This document shows positions 1-13,096 of a DNA stretch of 64,000 bases, piece after piece. The stretch is from contig OX597823.1 in assembly GCA_951406725.2 (NCBI GenBank), positions 62,434,001 through 62,498,000 on the forward strand. The letters run 5' to 3'. Both the position numbers and the translations under genes were made by a program. Below the pieces are notes generated by a model, which ran no database searches, was not told the origin of the DNA, and was given only the letters and a program-made list of their open reading frames with translations. How positions within the stretch are numbered: position 1 is the first letter of the stretch; each line of letters opens with the position of its first letter. The DNA is from Octopus vulgaris. Taxonomy: Eukaryota.

Positions 1-312
1 AAATTTAAGAAGTGCTAATTAATTTCCGACGCAAGTGTATGTATATATTAATGTTTGATATTGTCAGGTTATACATAAAAACAAATTTTTCAGTAAACTG
101 AAAAATAAATCAATACCGTTTAATAGAGTATATACTTATCGACTTGTACAATGTATGTATGTATATATGTATATATATATGTATAGCAGAAGTAACAGAT
201 TGACTCAACGTCCGAGAGTTTCGATGTTGGTACTTAGCAAAATAGCTGCATATGTGTGTGTGTGTATATATATGCGTGTATGTATATATATATGTGTGTG
301 CGTGTGTGTGAA

Positions 313-632
313 GGCGCTTGGCTCAGTGGTAAGAGCGTCGAGCTTACGATCGTGAGGTTGTGAGCTCGAATCCCGGACCGGGCTGCATGTGGTGTTCTGG
401 AGCAAGACACTTTATTTCACGTTGTTCTAGTTCACTCAGCTGTAGAAATGAGTTGCCAAGCTGTATCGGCCTTCGCCTTTCCCTTGCATAACACAGGTGG
501 CGTGGAGAGAGGAGGCTGGTATGCATGGGCGACTGCTGGTCTTCCATAAACAGCCTTGCCCGGACTTGTGCCTAGGAGGGTAATTTTCTAGGTGCAATCC
601 CATGGTCTGTGTCGTGACCGAAGAGGGTCTCA
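313..632 (+). mobile_element. tRNA-derived SINE, family D (second copy at 58151-58488)
   Basis: Head GGCGCTTGGCTCAGTGGTAAGAGCG has an A box; B-box-like GCTCGAATCCC; near-identical copy at 58151; followed by (TA)n. Confidence 0.85.
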
Positions 633-899
633 GATATATATATATATATATATATATATACGTACCAACATTGAAACTCTCGGACCTTGACCTTGAGTCA
701 TTCTGTTACATCTGCTATTATATATACATACCTATAAATTTGACATGGGCGATTCTTTCTTGTTTTGGGATTCACGCTCAAACGGCTAGATGGAATTGCG
801 CGCAAAATTACACAGATGTGTAGAATGATCCGGTAATGTTGCTGGGCTTTGTATTTTTTCATAGTTCCCATGGTTACCGAGATAATCTACTATAATAAT

Positions 900-901
900 A
901 C

Positions 902-967
<66 letters not shown>

Positions 968-980
968 CAGACAGATAGAC

Positions 981-1049
<69 letters not shown>

Positions 1050-1050
1050 T
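900..1050. repeat. (GATA)n microsatellite
   Basis: Direct inspection; similar tracts at 4105-4190, 49580-49730, 50240-50300 and 62210-62285. Confidence 0.98.
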
Positions 1051-1109
1051 TAGACGAGCTGGCAGAACCGTTAGCAGGCCGTGTAAAATGCTCACCACCA
1101 ATCTTCTTT

Positions 1110-1750
1110 CCGATACATTGACAAAAGTTAAGCCACTAAGTTGACGAGCCATATATAGTGCTTGAATATTAAATCCACACCACCACAATCAAGGGGAAGA
1201 TTGTAGAGAAATCTACGCCATATGCTAATGTATCTACGAAATACAAATAATGCGTAGCCGAAAGATCACATATCCGTTTTGGATCTAAAAATTCAACCGC
1301 ACTGTTGAATCTCAAATCAGAAATTTTCAGCAAATGCAAATGTATGGACATGTTTTTTGGGGGGTTTTTTTGTCGAATTGGAAAACACCACTCTCTCCTG
1401 ATTGTGCAACTGTATCGCATACTTTAGACCCCTTCCATTGATTCTACCACAACTTTCTGATTTTACGGTCAAAGGAGACATAGCTCTAATTCTTCTTTTT
1501 TCTTTCCTTTGTTCTTCCGTTTCTTTCACCCTTCCACTTTTTGCATCCACCTATCTCTAGTTTTTCTGTGATATCTTTTGTTCTATTTTCCTGATTTGTA
1601 ACTTGCATAGGCCATGTGCTTTGAGTCTAAAGCTTGCTTGGAGACATTAGGCGTATTATTAAAACCTGCCTAGAAAACATCTCCAATGTATGAAACTACT
1701 TGTAGCTCATAACTATATATTGTGTACATTAAACAATATTTATATCTCAT
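1110..1750 (+). mobile_element. Penelope-like element 3' remnant (GIY-YIG C-terminus plus pLTR)
   Basis: Degraded translation KIVEKSTPYANVSTKYK*CVAERSHIRF...LLNLKSEIFSKCK resembles the PLE endonuclease C-terminus; a degenerate HHR half (GAAACTACTTGTAGC) lies near 1692. Confidence 0.6.
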
Positions 1751-2164
1751 CGGATAGAGTGCTTTTTGTTGATCTTACTTTAATGGAAAAATAAGCGAGC
1801 AAGCGCGCACACACACATACACACACACACACACACGCAGATGTAAGGAGATTGAGATTATACAGAAAGATATAAATATATATATTCATATATAAATCCT
1901 TTATTCTGGTTAGGTCAGTTAATTAAGGAGACACTAATCAGATGGAACGTGTAATCTATATAAAATGATATTCAAGAAAAGTAAGTCGCATCAACATCGG
2001 TGTTACGTTAGTACAGAGAAATGTTTTCCTTGGACTTCAATTTGCCAAAGATGTAGGCAGTAATTGCATACAGAATGTACAACTTCCGTAACGACAGGAT
2101 TATGTGAGAGTAATATCAAGAGGATGTTACGTACATTGATTAGTGTAATGTATTTAAGTATATT

Positions 2165-2374
2165 TTATTCTTTAACTTGTTTCAGTCATTTATTTGACTG
2201 CGGCCATGCTGGAACACTGTCTTTTTAGTCGAACAAATCGACCCCCAGAACTTAATTTTTGTAAGCCTAGTACTTATTCTATCGGTTCTTTCCCCTAACC
2301 GCTAAGTTACGATGACGTAAACATACAAACATCGGTTGTCAAGTGATGGTTGGGAGACAAACACAGACACATAA

Positions 2375-2431
<57 letters not shown>

Positions 2432-2594
2432 CGACGGGCTTCTTTCAGTTTCTGTCTACCAAATCCACTCACAAGGCTTTGGTCGGCCGGCGGCTATAGC
2501 AGAAGACACTTGCCCAAGGTGCTACGCAGTGGGAATGAACGCAGAACCATGTGGTTGGTAAGCAAGCTACTTACTACACAGCCACTCCTGCGCC
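2165..2594 (-). mobile_element. tRNA/CORE-like SINE, family A, with central microsatellite
   Basis: Reverse complement begins GGCGCAGGAGTGGCTGTGTAGTAAG, contains CCTTGGGCAAGTGTCTT, internal (TA)/(TG)n, and a tail ending GACTGAAACAAG; many copies in the window. Confidence 0.9.
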
Positions 2595-2625
<31 letters not shown>

Positions 2626-3475
2626 ATTTAGGAATGGTCATGTTGCTAGTTTAGCCAATATATAAACGTGTATATATATATATATATACATATATGCACA
2701 CACACACATATATATTTTTTATTTCGCTTGATGAGTGCTGGCAATTCGGAACGCAACATTATAACGTCAGAACACAGAGTAATAAAGCACGAGGACACAA
2801 TATAACAAGAAACGAGGACATTGCCACAGAAAACAGCGAGTTATTGTCGTAAGCAAATTTCAAACATCTTGTTTGACCTGCTTTTGTGAAAGAATGAGAG
2901 AATATGGGAAGGCTGAAGGATGATAGAGTGAGAGAGCAAACAGGTAGAGAGGAGAGGGAGAGATTTGCAGTGTATAATGTTACTAATAGGTAACATTCAT
3001 AAGTCGGTAGTGTACTCAAACCGGAGAGTCACTTCATCAGTGGTCGAAACGCTATGACTGGGTGAAGATTTCGGTTCTATTGCACCATGTTAGTTCTCTG
3101 CTTCGGTAATCGATGATTAAATTGACCCCCAGTTCTTCACCGATACTTTATTTGATGGATTCTGAAAGGATTAAAAGCAAAGATGACTTCGGCGGGATAT
3201 GAAAGTAAGGGAAATAGAGTCGAAACAAAATACCGCAAGGCATTTTGTGCGACGCTCTAACGATTCCTATAATCCAACGCAAATTCCAAATGTGTTTGTA
3301 ATTAATAACAAACGTGAAAAATCAGCAATTGTATGGTTCACATGCTACAGTATGGTCGCAGTCTAGGAGGAGGAGGAGGAGGAAATAAGCATGTAAACCA
3401 GTGAAGAAATTCGCCATAAGTGTCAACGTTCGACATGGTAAAAGAAGATGGATCACTACTGCGTCCAATTTGTTA

Positions 3476-3862
3476 TCTTCTCTCTATATATAAACGGCAG
3501 TTTGCCTGTGTGTGTTTCTGTGTGTCTGTTAGGTTGTACCCTCACCCTGACCACGGCTTTCAACCGATTCTGATGAAACTTAACACACACATAGCCCAAT
3601 GTCATAATTCAAAACTAACGCAGAGAAAATTTTGAAAAGTTCCCCCAGTTCTGAAAAAAATCGATAAATTCGACATGGGGTCGAGAATCAGAAACACAAA
3701 CCACAGACTGTCTAGGGGACGCAACTCGACCGTTTTAACTCTCAAAAAAAATTTACCATAATTTTTTTTCCATTTTTTTGCTATTTTTTGGCTATAACTC
3801 TCTAAAAATGCTTTATAGTTATTTCCCTTACAAACCCGAGCAACGCCGGGCGATACTGCTAG
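3476..3862 (+). mobile_element. Non-autonomous Helitron
   Basis: A|TC 5' end; 3' hairpin CCCGAGCAACGCCGGG then CTAG|T; no TSD. Confidence 0.85.
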
Positions 3863-4057
3863 TTAATGAATAAAGCGTATGAATTACGCACGTAAATTTA
3901 TATGATTATATTCACACTTGTAATCTTATTGAACAAGATAAACTTTGCGATAAAACCGCGAAGAAAATGGAAACATCCGTTACTATAGTAATGAAATGCT
4001 CACCCCAAACGGATGCACTGCTTAAACGGAAAAAACATGGGTGTTCTGCTGTAAAGA

Positions 4058-4191
<134 letters not shown>

Positions 4192-4617
4192 CCGCGTTTG
4201 TACGATTGTGTATAAAAGAATATATTAATTAATGAAAACCCAACTAAGTCTGATTTTCATATTTTATTATTTGCAGTTTTTACAATTTTACACTATCGAA
4301 CTAAACTAGAGCTTTCACGCGTTACGCAGTCATCACGTCTATGTAGTGACAGACGTCTTCCACACTTGATAACTGTGGTGAAATGGTTAGGTTTATCCTT
4401 TAAATACCCACCAATGGGCTCTAGCAGGCTGAATATTACGAACTGTATTTTGACCAATCAGTATATTATGGTTTGGTGAGAGAGCCAAATAATTTCTAAC
4501 TATATTTTGAGCCATCGGTATGTGGCTTAGAGGTCATGGTTTGGTGGGCATGTCAAAGATTCTTTGCTATGAATAACTGTTTCATTGAATTCCTATTTCC
4601 ATTGAATTCTACTGTTA

Positions 4618-4891
4618 TTGGATTGGTGCATAATTATTGCGGCTTTCTTTTTCTCTTTTTTCAACAAATTTTATTCAACAAAAACAATAACAACATGTAA
4701 CAAAAATATCTTTAAATAATTATTCCGGAACATATTCACCATCTACTTCAATTACTGCTTCCCATTTACTTGGCAGACGGTCAGACCGCCATTTAAAGAA
4801 ATTTTTGTCAAATAATTGTTATTGTTTTTGTTGAATAAAATTTGTTGAAAAAAAAAAAAAAAACAGCCGCAATAATTATGCACCAACCCAA
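4618..4891. mobile_element. Mariner-type MITE
   Basis: About 100-bp TIRs TTGGATTGGTGCATAATTATTGCGGCT / AGCCGCAATAATTATGCACCAACCCAA; TA at the left flank. Confidence 0.85.
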
Positions 4892-5048
4892 TGCTATTCC
4901 AGAAATTTTTACATTTCAATCGGGTCAATGTTCCTATTGACAACACTTCCTTGCTGTCTTGTTCTTCACTCAACAGCTGAGATGTTTCTTTCCATCTATA
5001 AATTGAAACTTTTCCATGGACCCTATATCGATCTATTTCTTTTACTAC

Positions 5049-5131
5049 AGGTAACTGAAATATGTACGAGAAATATATAGATAAGTGTAGATCTCTTATC
5101 TATATATTTCTCGTACACATTTCAGTTACCT
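5049..5131. repeat. Near-perfect hairpin with 37-bp arms
   Basis: AGGTAACTGAAATATGTACGAGAAATATATAGATAAG, 9-nt loop, then the reverse complement with 1 mismatch. Confidence 0.95.
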
Positions 5132-5562
5132 TACTTGACTTTTTTTTTTTTAACTTCAATTTTTAAAATACCTTGTTATAACGCATGTCTCATACCTTCG
5201 CACTTCTTTGTTTCTCGTGTCCTCTTTTTTTTTTTTTTTATATTTTCCAGACAAATTTCCTTATCATTGTTGCTGAATCCCAGCTCATAATTACATTCCG
5301 CAATTTATTCTTGCACTGAAGCAAAGTTTTATCTCTACTATTATCTAAAACTCATTTTTAATGAGGAACTTAAGAGATAAAGCTAATATGTTATCCATGT
5401 ATGAAAAAAAAATTAGCTTCTAACATATTTTTATGTGGCAAATTTATATATTATGTTCGTGTACATACACACACACACACACGTGTGTGTGTATTTGTTT
5501 TGCGATGGAGTGTTTGGTTAGATTAGCCTACTTGTGCTTGTATGTGTGTACGTGTTAGTGCT

Positions 5563-5563
<1 letters not shown>

Positions 5564-5600
<37 letters not shown>

Positions 5601-5920
5601 CGTGCGTGTGCGCGTGCGTGCGTGCGTGCGTGTGCGCGTGCGTGCGTGTGCGCGTGCGTGCGTGTGCGCGTGCGTGCGTGTGCGCGTGCGTGCGTGTGCG
5701 CGTGCGTGCGTGTGCGCGTGCGTGTGCGCGTGCGTGTGCGCGTGCGTGTGCGCGTGCGTGTGCGCGTGCGTGTGCGCGTGCGTGCGTGTGCGCGTGCGTG
5801 CGTGTGCGCGTGCGTGCGTGTGCGCGTGCGTGCGTGTGCGCGTGCGTGCGTGTGCGCGTGCGTGCGTGTGCGCGTCCGTGCGTGTGCGCGTGCGTGCGTG
5901 TGCGCGTGCGTGTGCGCGTG
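5564..5920. repeat. Alternating purine-pyrimidine (GT/GC) compound minisatellite
   Basis: (GT)n followed by 14-bp GTGCGCGTGCGTGC and 10-bp GTGCGCGTGC units. Confidence 0.95.
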
Positions 5921-5977
5921 CTCGTTTCTGTGTTTCTTTGGGTTCATTTTTGTGTATTCGCGCGATTGATGTGTACT

Positions 5978-6633
5978 CGGTGGCGGCTAGTGTATAGGCA
6001 CTACGGAACTGCAGCAGCCCCTATTTCCACTCGATATTATAGATAACATTCAATATAATGTGTCCTTTTTTCTTTAATTCTTTCTTCATACTGGTACATT
6101 ATATAATCCTTAAGCTTAATGTCAGGCGCCATCTCCTAGTTTATGAAAAAGTACAAACATCCTTGTATAGAACTGTGCGCCTCACAGTTCCAGCGACGTG
6201 GTGTTTAGCTGTTGTGCGCATGCTCATATGTCCGAGATAAGAAGTTTCACACTAGGGAAAGAGAGCGGTGTGTGAATGATAGTGCCGAGTGAAAGGTAGT
6301 GTTTCTTTTGACATTGCATGTGTTGTGCTTAAAAACGTGTTTATATTCTTGAATGTGATAAAATGGAGAATTAGATTATTATCCTGCTTCCAGCTTCAAT
6401 GTTGCTGCCAGGACTTGTGATTTAGGGGGGATTTTTGAAACAAAGGGGAATTCGCGGTGATGACCAGTGAACAAATTAAACACACTACCTGGCAGTGGCT
6501 AAAATGTGAACCGATCAAGTTTATGTATAACTTTTCTTTTTATATGTTTGTTTCCTTTTACACAATATTAAAACAACGGCCAAAAATTTTCTGAAGCAGC
6601 ACCCCCACTAATTTTAACTACGAACCGCCACTG
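5978..6633. mobile_element. Non-autonomous hAT element
   Basis: TIRs CGGTGGCGG / CCGCCACTG; exact 8-bp TSD TGTGTACT at 5970-5977 and 6634-6641. Confidence 0.85.
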
Positions 6634-6708
6634 TGTGTACTGTATTTTTTGTTTGTTTGTGTGTGTGTTTGTGTGTATGTGTGTGCGCGCGCGCGCGTGT
6701 GTGTGCGT

Positions 6709-6760
<52 letters not shown>

Positions 6761-6859
6761 ATTTAATGAATGAATTATAACTAAAATTTACAGAGCAGTA
6801 CAACGGATTAACTCAGATATGCTGAAAAGCAGCACAAGGATACAAACAACAGGTTAGAG

Positions 6860-7650
6860 CCTTATATGTATTAAATAATAAAAACTGATGTGATTGTTTT
6901 ATGCAACCCCATCATCAAGCAGAAGTGAACAGGGGGTCAGCAGAGCATGTATCTCTTTGACCTCGATTATATTGATGATTTTGCTCTTACAATTGATCAA
7001 CTTTGTTATGTGTAAGACTTGTTAACATCCCTTGACTTTGCTGTAAACAAGGTCGGCATGTTTCTCAATACAAGAAGGAATAAGTACATGATCTTCAGTG
7101 ATAGTGCGCAAAATAAAGGAGTTCTATATTGCCGAAGGTTTCCTGACACGTATAGGACAAACCTGAACTGCCTGTAGCAAATCTCATAACAGCTGGCAAC
7201 CATGTAATTCATAGTCAACAAGACAGCCCTTCTTGATAGCCTATGTAGAGATGTAGAGGGTTTTCTTCTCTATAGAGCAAAAACCGGTACTACGAAAAAG
7301 GAGTTCCAGGATTACATTGATAATACGTGCATCAGGCTTTTTATGAAGGTCTAAAATATATCATGCCATGAGCACAATATCAAAAGGGAGATTTATAGAC
7401 GAACATCATTCATCTTTATTATTGTGTCTCAATGTAGAGTAGATTTGCTTGCCACTGCTCTCGTGCCGAATACCAACCTATATCGGATGTGACATTTTGG
7501 AGACTTCCATACCCTACTAGACGACTAAAACCGTTCACCTACGTTGATCTTAGTAGAGACACGCAACACGAACTTGAAGACCTACCAAACCTATTTACAG
7601 ACAAAGATTCCTGGCGCGACTTGGTGAAATGTATCGCAGTTGCAGCCAGT
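6860..7650 (+). mobile_element. Degraded RTE/RTEX-type LINE reverse transcriptase remnant
   Basis: DLDYIDDFAL (YADD-like motif) near 6960; later RFA.HC.RAEYQPISDVTFW-like segment; many stops. Confidence 0.65.
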
Positions 7651-10347
7651 TAAAGAAAAAGTTTTATAAGGCAAAGGCGGAGTAATCACAGATTTACGGT
7701 TAGACCGACAGACTGATATGGAGGTGAGCCAAATAATAGATAGATAGACATACAGATAAACAGAGGTAGAACGAATGGCATGACGGAAAACATATAGATC
7801 GATAAACATGTAGTCAAATACTTGCTGATAAATCAAACGGTAAAGAGATGACCCAGCAATCAGAAATACAGGCGGGAAAATAGGCCGATAAAGAGCCCAA
7901 TAAGCAGACAGAATGATAGGCTGGTAGACTGGCATACAGGTAAAGTGAGAAAACCATATACCTGTAAACAACAAATATATAAACATACGAGGACACATAG
8001 ACACGTAAGTCAGACAGATGTGCACAAAGTGATAGATATTGATAGAGATACATACAGAGAGACTGACGAACACTGTTGAATTTTTCTGACGAAATTTTAC
8101 AGCCCCGAAGCCCCCAAAAAGGTAGATCGACTTATATATCAAGACGACTCTGGAGGAGCAAAAATTCTATATGAATTGCAACCAGATTTGGAAAGATAGT
8201 GACGATGCTTGAATGTCTACACTAATATTTGTACTATTATAGTACGTCGATTTATATGTCAGAAAATACAGATTCCCTTATCAGTACTAATAGTGATTTC
8301 TTTACTGAAAAATTATAATTCAAGTCATCTAACAATGTTGCGATAGAACAATATCATAATTGACTGCAATGCCAACCGTAACATTGCATTTCAATCCAAT
8401 TTTTCTTTGCAGTTGGTATAGAATCGATAGAGAAGTAAGAATTTCGTTCTTAGTTTATTTTTAAATTTTTCTTTTGAGTTTGATTGTTTTAAAATTTTGA
8501 ATTTAAAAGCCCAAGATCTTTTCAATGAACTGAAATTGGGGTTAGGAGTTTTCTAATTGAAATTGAATGTAAAATAGAAATTTCTGTCTTTCACTTTCTT
8601 TTCCGTTTCGAATTTCCAGTCCAATTAAGTTTTTTCCTCAGTTTTCTTGTAATTATATTTTTACAAATATATTCAAATTTCATCAAATTAGAATTAGAAA
8701 ACCTACTTCTAAAAGACGAAAAACCTTTAAAATATGTCGTATTTTGGGGTAATATAAATATGTACATAATCTACATACATAGACTCATGAAGCATCATAT
8801 ATATTCAAACACACACCACCCCATCCCCTTGTACACACATACAAGAAAAATCTCAAACCAAAACGAAACACACATACACCCAGTTTCACACATATCCCTA
8901 AAACTACTGCAAGTACAGAACAAAACAGCTTAGATACATTGTAACAGACCAGGTAAAACGATGTCAAGTCTTTGAAGAATCACGAATGGCAGCAGAAGGA
9001 CTTTGACAAACCAGTTGACTGATTGATCAAACGATTGGTTAGGCAATCGATTAGTTAACTAGTTGGCTAATAGTCATAAAAGAAAGTGAATAGAATTGAT
9101 GTATGCGTTTTCACTGGTAAAATTACTCTCCCGAGATACATTAGCATCTGTTTCAACACATGATATTATATAAAGAATCTTGCAAAACAAATATATTAAT
9201 TTTTTTTAAATACTCTCCCTGAAAGCTTTACTTTGTTTTCCATGTACGCGAAAAAAATATATTTCAAAGACAAAAGCTGCGATCAACCAAGTGGTAAGAT
9301 CAGCTTGCAGCCTGACTCTACTTGCATTTTATATCTTGTGAGAAGTAGTACTCTGAATTATGACCGTGTCAAGACAACTTTCAGTGATTCAGTTCATGTA
9401 ACTGTAAATTGACGTTATAAGAGAGCAGCAGACATTGGGTAGTTGAAAAAAAATCTCTTAACTTGCAACACTGATATTTCCATCCAGAAAGTGAGGGATA
9501 TCTCGACTAACACGTCTCATTACGCAGAATATTTCGCAGTGACAAACAATTTACACATTTGTCAGCGCTCGAGGAAAAAATCCAGCTCAGATTAAGTTCA
9601 ATGTGTGTGTTCGCCAAATACCCTTTAATCAGACGACATCTTTGTAATAGCTATATGTTAATTGAGTTATGTAACTTGTATGAGTGAATTAATGAATGAA
9701 TTGGAAAACTTATCTCCATTAGATGGTAATATGAATTTAACAAAGAAACATAATGTATCAGGCCTTTCGGCTTCCAATTTATCAAATTAAAAGTGCACGC
9801 TTTATGAAAAATACATTGACTGTTTTCACATAAAATCCTGAAATATTCATACACAATTTAATCAATAATTTACTTATTCAGAGAAAACACAAAAGCACTT
9901 GAAACCAAGCTTGTATAAGAATGATGACATTCTGCATGGAATGTGGGATTACGTGAACGATCTTAAAATATAGAAGGCAAAAACTGATTAACTTGAAAAA
10001 ACAAAAAGCTTGTCACTTCTGTAAAAAATGGTTTTGCAGTTTTGCCCCTGTATTATAAACATTCGATGTCTTTTAGATTTGCAATAATACACCGATACCA
10101 AATAGCCTGTACGCTCTTTTTTTTTTTTTCTTGTTCTTTTCTTGGGTTTTTTTTAATAAGGAATTTTGAAAAAAAATCAAAGAAAATCAGATATGCTACC
10201 CGTCTCATAATATAAAATGGTGTACCTTCAGCAAGTAAACAGAAGCAAAATGCTTCTTTTACTTTAATGCATCACCATGTTCCTTGTTTATTTGCGGATT
10301 AGATTAAATATAATACTACCGGGAATAATCTAACAGCAGGTCCTTAC

Positions 10348-10407
10348 CTTCTTCCGTAATCCTTTATCAGCAACTTGAGGAAGGTTAACTTCTCTCATAT
10401 TTTCAAC
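10348..10407 (-). CDS. Candidate internal exon of an unidentified host gene (VENMREVNLPQVADKGLRKK)
   Basis: Acceptor TTTTTGTGTTTCAG, 60-nt open phase 0-0 exon, donor AAG|GTAAGG; lies in repeat-poor sequence. Confidence 0.5.
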
Positions 10408-10726
10408 CTGAAACACAAAAACATGAAAGAACGTTCAAGTCTTAGGAAATCTGATGTAGCTACAAAACGGTAAATTGTCGAGAGTAATTAAATTTGTCCT
10501 TAAGCATATTAAGATTAAATCTTGCTGGAATAGACCTTTACATTAAGCAATCGAAGATTGAAAATTAAGTACCATGTTTCCACTGAACTTGATTGATACT
10601 TTATTTTATCGACCCCGAAAGGATGAAAGATAACGTTGATCTCGGAAGGATTTGAACTCAGAACATAAAGAGCCAGAATTACTGCAAGAATTACTCAAAC
10701 GATTCAGCTAATCTTTAACTAACTAA

Positions 10727-12070
10727 CTAGCAAAGATACCCGGCGTTGCTCGAGATTAAAATGGCATAGTTTGTATATATATATATTAGTTACATTGAAA
10801 CAGGTGACTCGGGAAAGTGCAGCATTGACAAAACATTTGAGGACTAAATAATGGACTAATTCGACTAAGTGACATGTCATGCATCCGTTTGGAGTATTCC
10901 GGGCCCTAACTTGTCATGGAAAATTGCAGGAAGGGGGATGTGCATGCATTTGGTGTGTTGCAGCATGCATTTGCTGATCTTGGGAAAGTCCCATCTCTTT
11001 TGTATTGAGACTCCATCTCACGTGCTGCAGAAGGGAGTCTCATCTCCCTTCTCCTTTGAGACTCCATTTGACATGCTGCAGTATGCGTTTGCTAACCTTC
11101 TCTATTGAGACTCCATTAATTTAAGGGTAAATATGTAATTGTAAATACATTGCAACCTTGCAACTGCTGCGATAATTATGAACTGGTAATTGAACGGTAA
11201 ATGTGTATTTTTATATACCTTGGACCTGCCACCTAATTCTTTTTTGCCAAGAGTTTCACCTCCAGCCGTTCATTATGTCAGTCAACACACATACACTGAC
11301 ACACCATTCCGCTGCCATGGCGGTAGAGACAGAAAGTTGCCGGTGCATAATGTTGTTCACATTAGGATATAAGTTATTCATTTATTTGTCACAGTTGAAT
11401 TAAAAGTGAAAGAATAAAAGTATAACACTATCATAAGATTAGAAGGAAAAGTGAAAGAATAAAAATGAAACAACATTATGTGACATTACAATATATCATC
11501 TGTGTGAAAAGTCTGGCTGCATACACGTTAGCATCTTTGTTTTGAAACTTATCTATAGCGCAGAATTTTTAATTTTTGAAGAAAGATTTCTAATTAAGTT
11601 GGTTATCTCTCTCTTATTAAAGTTTACTAAGATAGAAGTTTTAACTCCTTGTCACGTTACTATAAAAATAGTGTGGTAAGTAGCTTGCTTACGAACCGAG
11701 GCATGAATTGCACGAAGCCGTCTTGCAGTCGTGGGAAGAGCTATCTGAACGGAAAATTCAACATCAAACTTGTGTTCGGCGTCAAATAGTTGACTCGTGG
11801 CGTTAACAGATTCGTGTAATAAATTTTGCGTTTATTTTTGTTTCATAATATATATATTTTTTTCCGGATGCAGCTAGACTTTTCACACATCTTATTCTTT
11901 CACTTTTAACATGTAATACCGAACCAGTGTCAATGTTATATTGTTTTAATCCAAATGAAAAAAATTACATATTGACACTCACGGGATCTGATAAAATTTT
12001 ATTTCATTTGGTCGAGCAGTTTGAGAATGCATAGGGAACAGACAGACAGACAAATAATATTATGTCTTTA
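10727..12070 (-). mobile_element. Non-autonomous Helitron with internal captured or nested fragments
   Basis: CTAG at 10727 plus hairpin CCCGGCGTTGCTCGAG; typical (CAGA)n 5' subterminal region near 12045; 5' end approximate. Confidence 0.6.
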
Positions 12071-12779
12071 GACAAGGAAGTCAATTTGTAGACAGAACTT
12101 ACAAACCTTGTTTGAGTGTATAAAGCTCTAGAAGGAAATAGCTTGAGTGAAAAATATGAACCGCTTTAGGATAGTTTTTTCTAACGCATGACTGCTTAGT
12201 GGCGTGGTTGAAATCTCATTGGCTAATGATAAAGGCTTATCGGCTGTATGTGACCCATAGCGGCCATACGTACGCATGCACGACTGCACGCACGTTTTCG
12301 ATAGAGGGAGAAATGTAAATAGTGTATTTAAATAGACGGAATGCAAAAACTTTTAAATAAGTAACGTTGTAGAGAGAACGTACAAATACCGTAATGACAA
12401 ATACTTACGCACGATAAAATTAAAATACAATGGAGTCAATTTTTAGGCAGATGTGGCAAAACTGAATTTAATCACACTGTGTAAACAAAAATTAAAAGTG
12501 ACTAAATTATTTCTATGGGAAAACGTACAAAAACTGTAACAACGGAGATTTTTACGCACGACTAATTGAAAAACACGGATGTCAACTTGTAGACAGAAAT
12601 TAGTGTGTGAGTGAGTTAAAGAGAGAGAGAGGGGGAGAGTGAAAGAAGCAGGCATAGACTAAAAGAGAGGAACTATTACAGAGGACGAGGAAGGGTATAT
12701 GTATAAGCAAGAGAAACAGAGAATGAGAAAAAGAGGGAGAAGAGAGAAAAGGGAGAGAATCGGTTGAAAGCTTCAGAAG

Positions 12780-12978
12780 CTTTTAGAGAAAAACCCATGT
12801 AAAACACCGCTTCTCCCAGTTTCTCGCTCTACACGGGAGCTCTGGGCAAATGTTATAGTACATGACCATCCTTGGCACATAAGTAATGTGTGTGTAACGT
12901 TTGGTGAAAATCGACTAAAAATTATAGAAATGCATACGTTCTACACACACACAGTCGTCTTTTGTTTTATATACATAG
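12780..12978 (-). mobile_element. Helitron-like 5' end fragment
   Basis: TTTGGTGAAAATCG...ACACACAC...TTTTATATACATAG resembles the 5' termini of the other Helitrons here. Confidence 0.45.
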
Positions 12979-13096
12979 TTTTTAACGTAGGCACAAAGCC
13001 AGGAATTTGGGACAGAATTTAGTCTTTAAATCTATCCAAATACTTTACTAGCTCTTTCTTCACTATTTGCAAAGTTAACTAAAACAAAAGTATATA

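Noticed and set aside
313-385. tRNA gene calls at SINE heads (also 24300-24376, 29850, 58151)
   Set aside because: They continue into multicopy SINE bodies and lack a proper acceptor stem.
5534-6046. Long ORFs such as (VCAC)n, (YI)n and (HT)n here and at 28025, 31109, 34264, 48712 and 61334
   Set aside because: They are translations of microsatellites that lack stop codons, with no protein-like complexity.
8600-8650. Minus-strand CTGAGGA...GAAAC hammerhead-like motif
   Set aside because: No stem I, II or III pairing.
9882-9973. Plus-strand terminal exon candidate KTQKHLKPSLYKNDDILHGMWDYVNDLKI*
   Set aside because: I found no compatible upstream plus-strand exon, and it lies within the better-supported minus-strand model.
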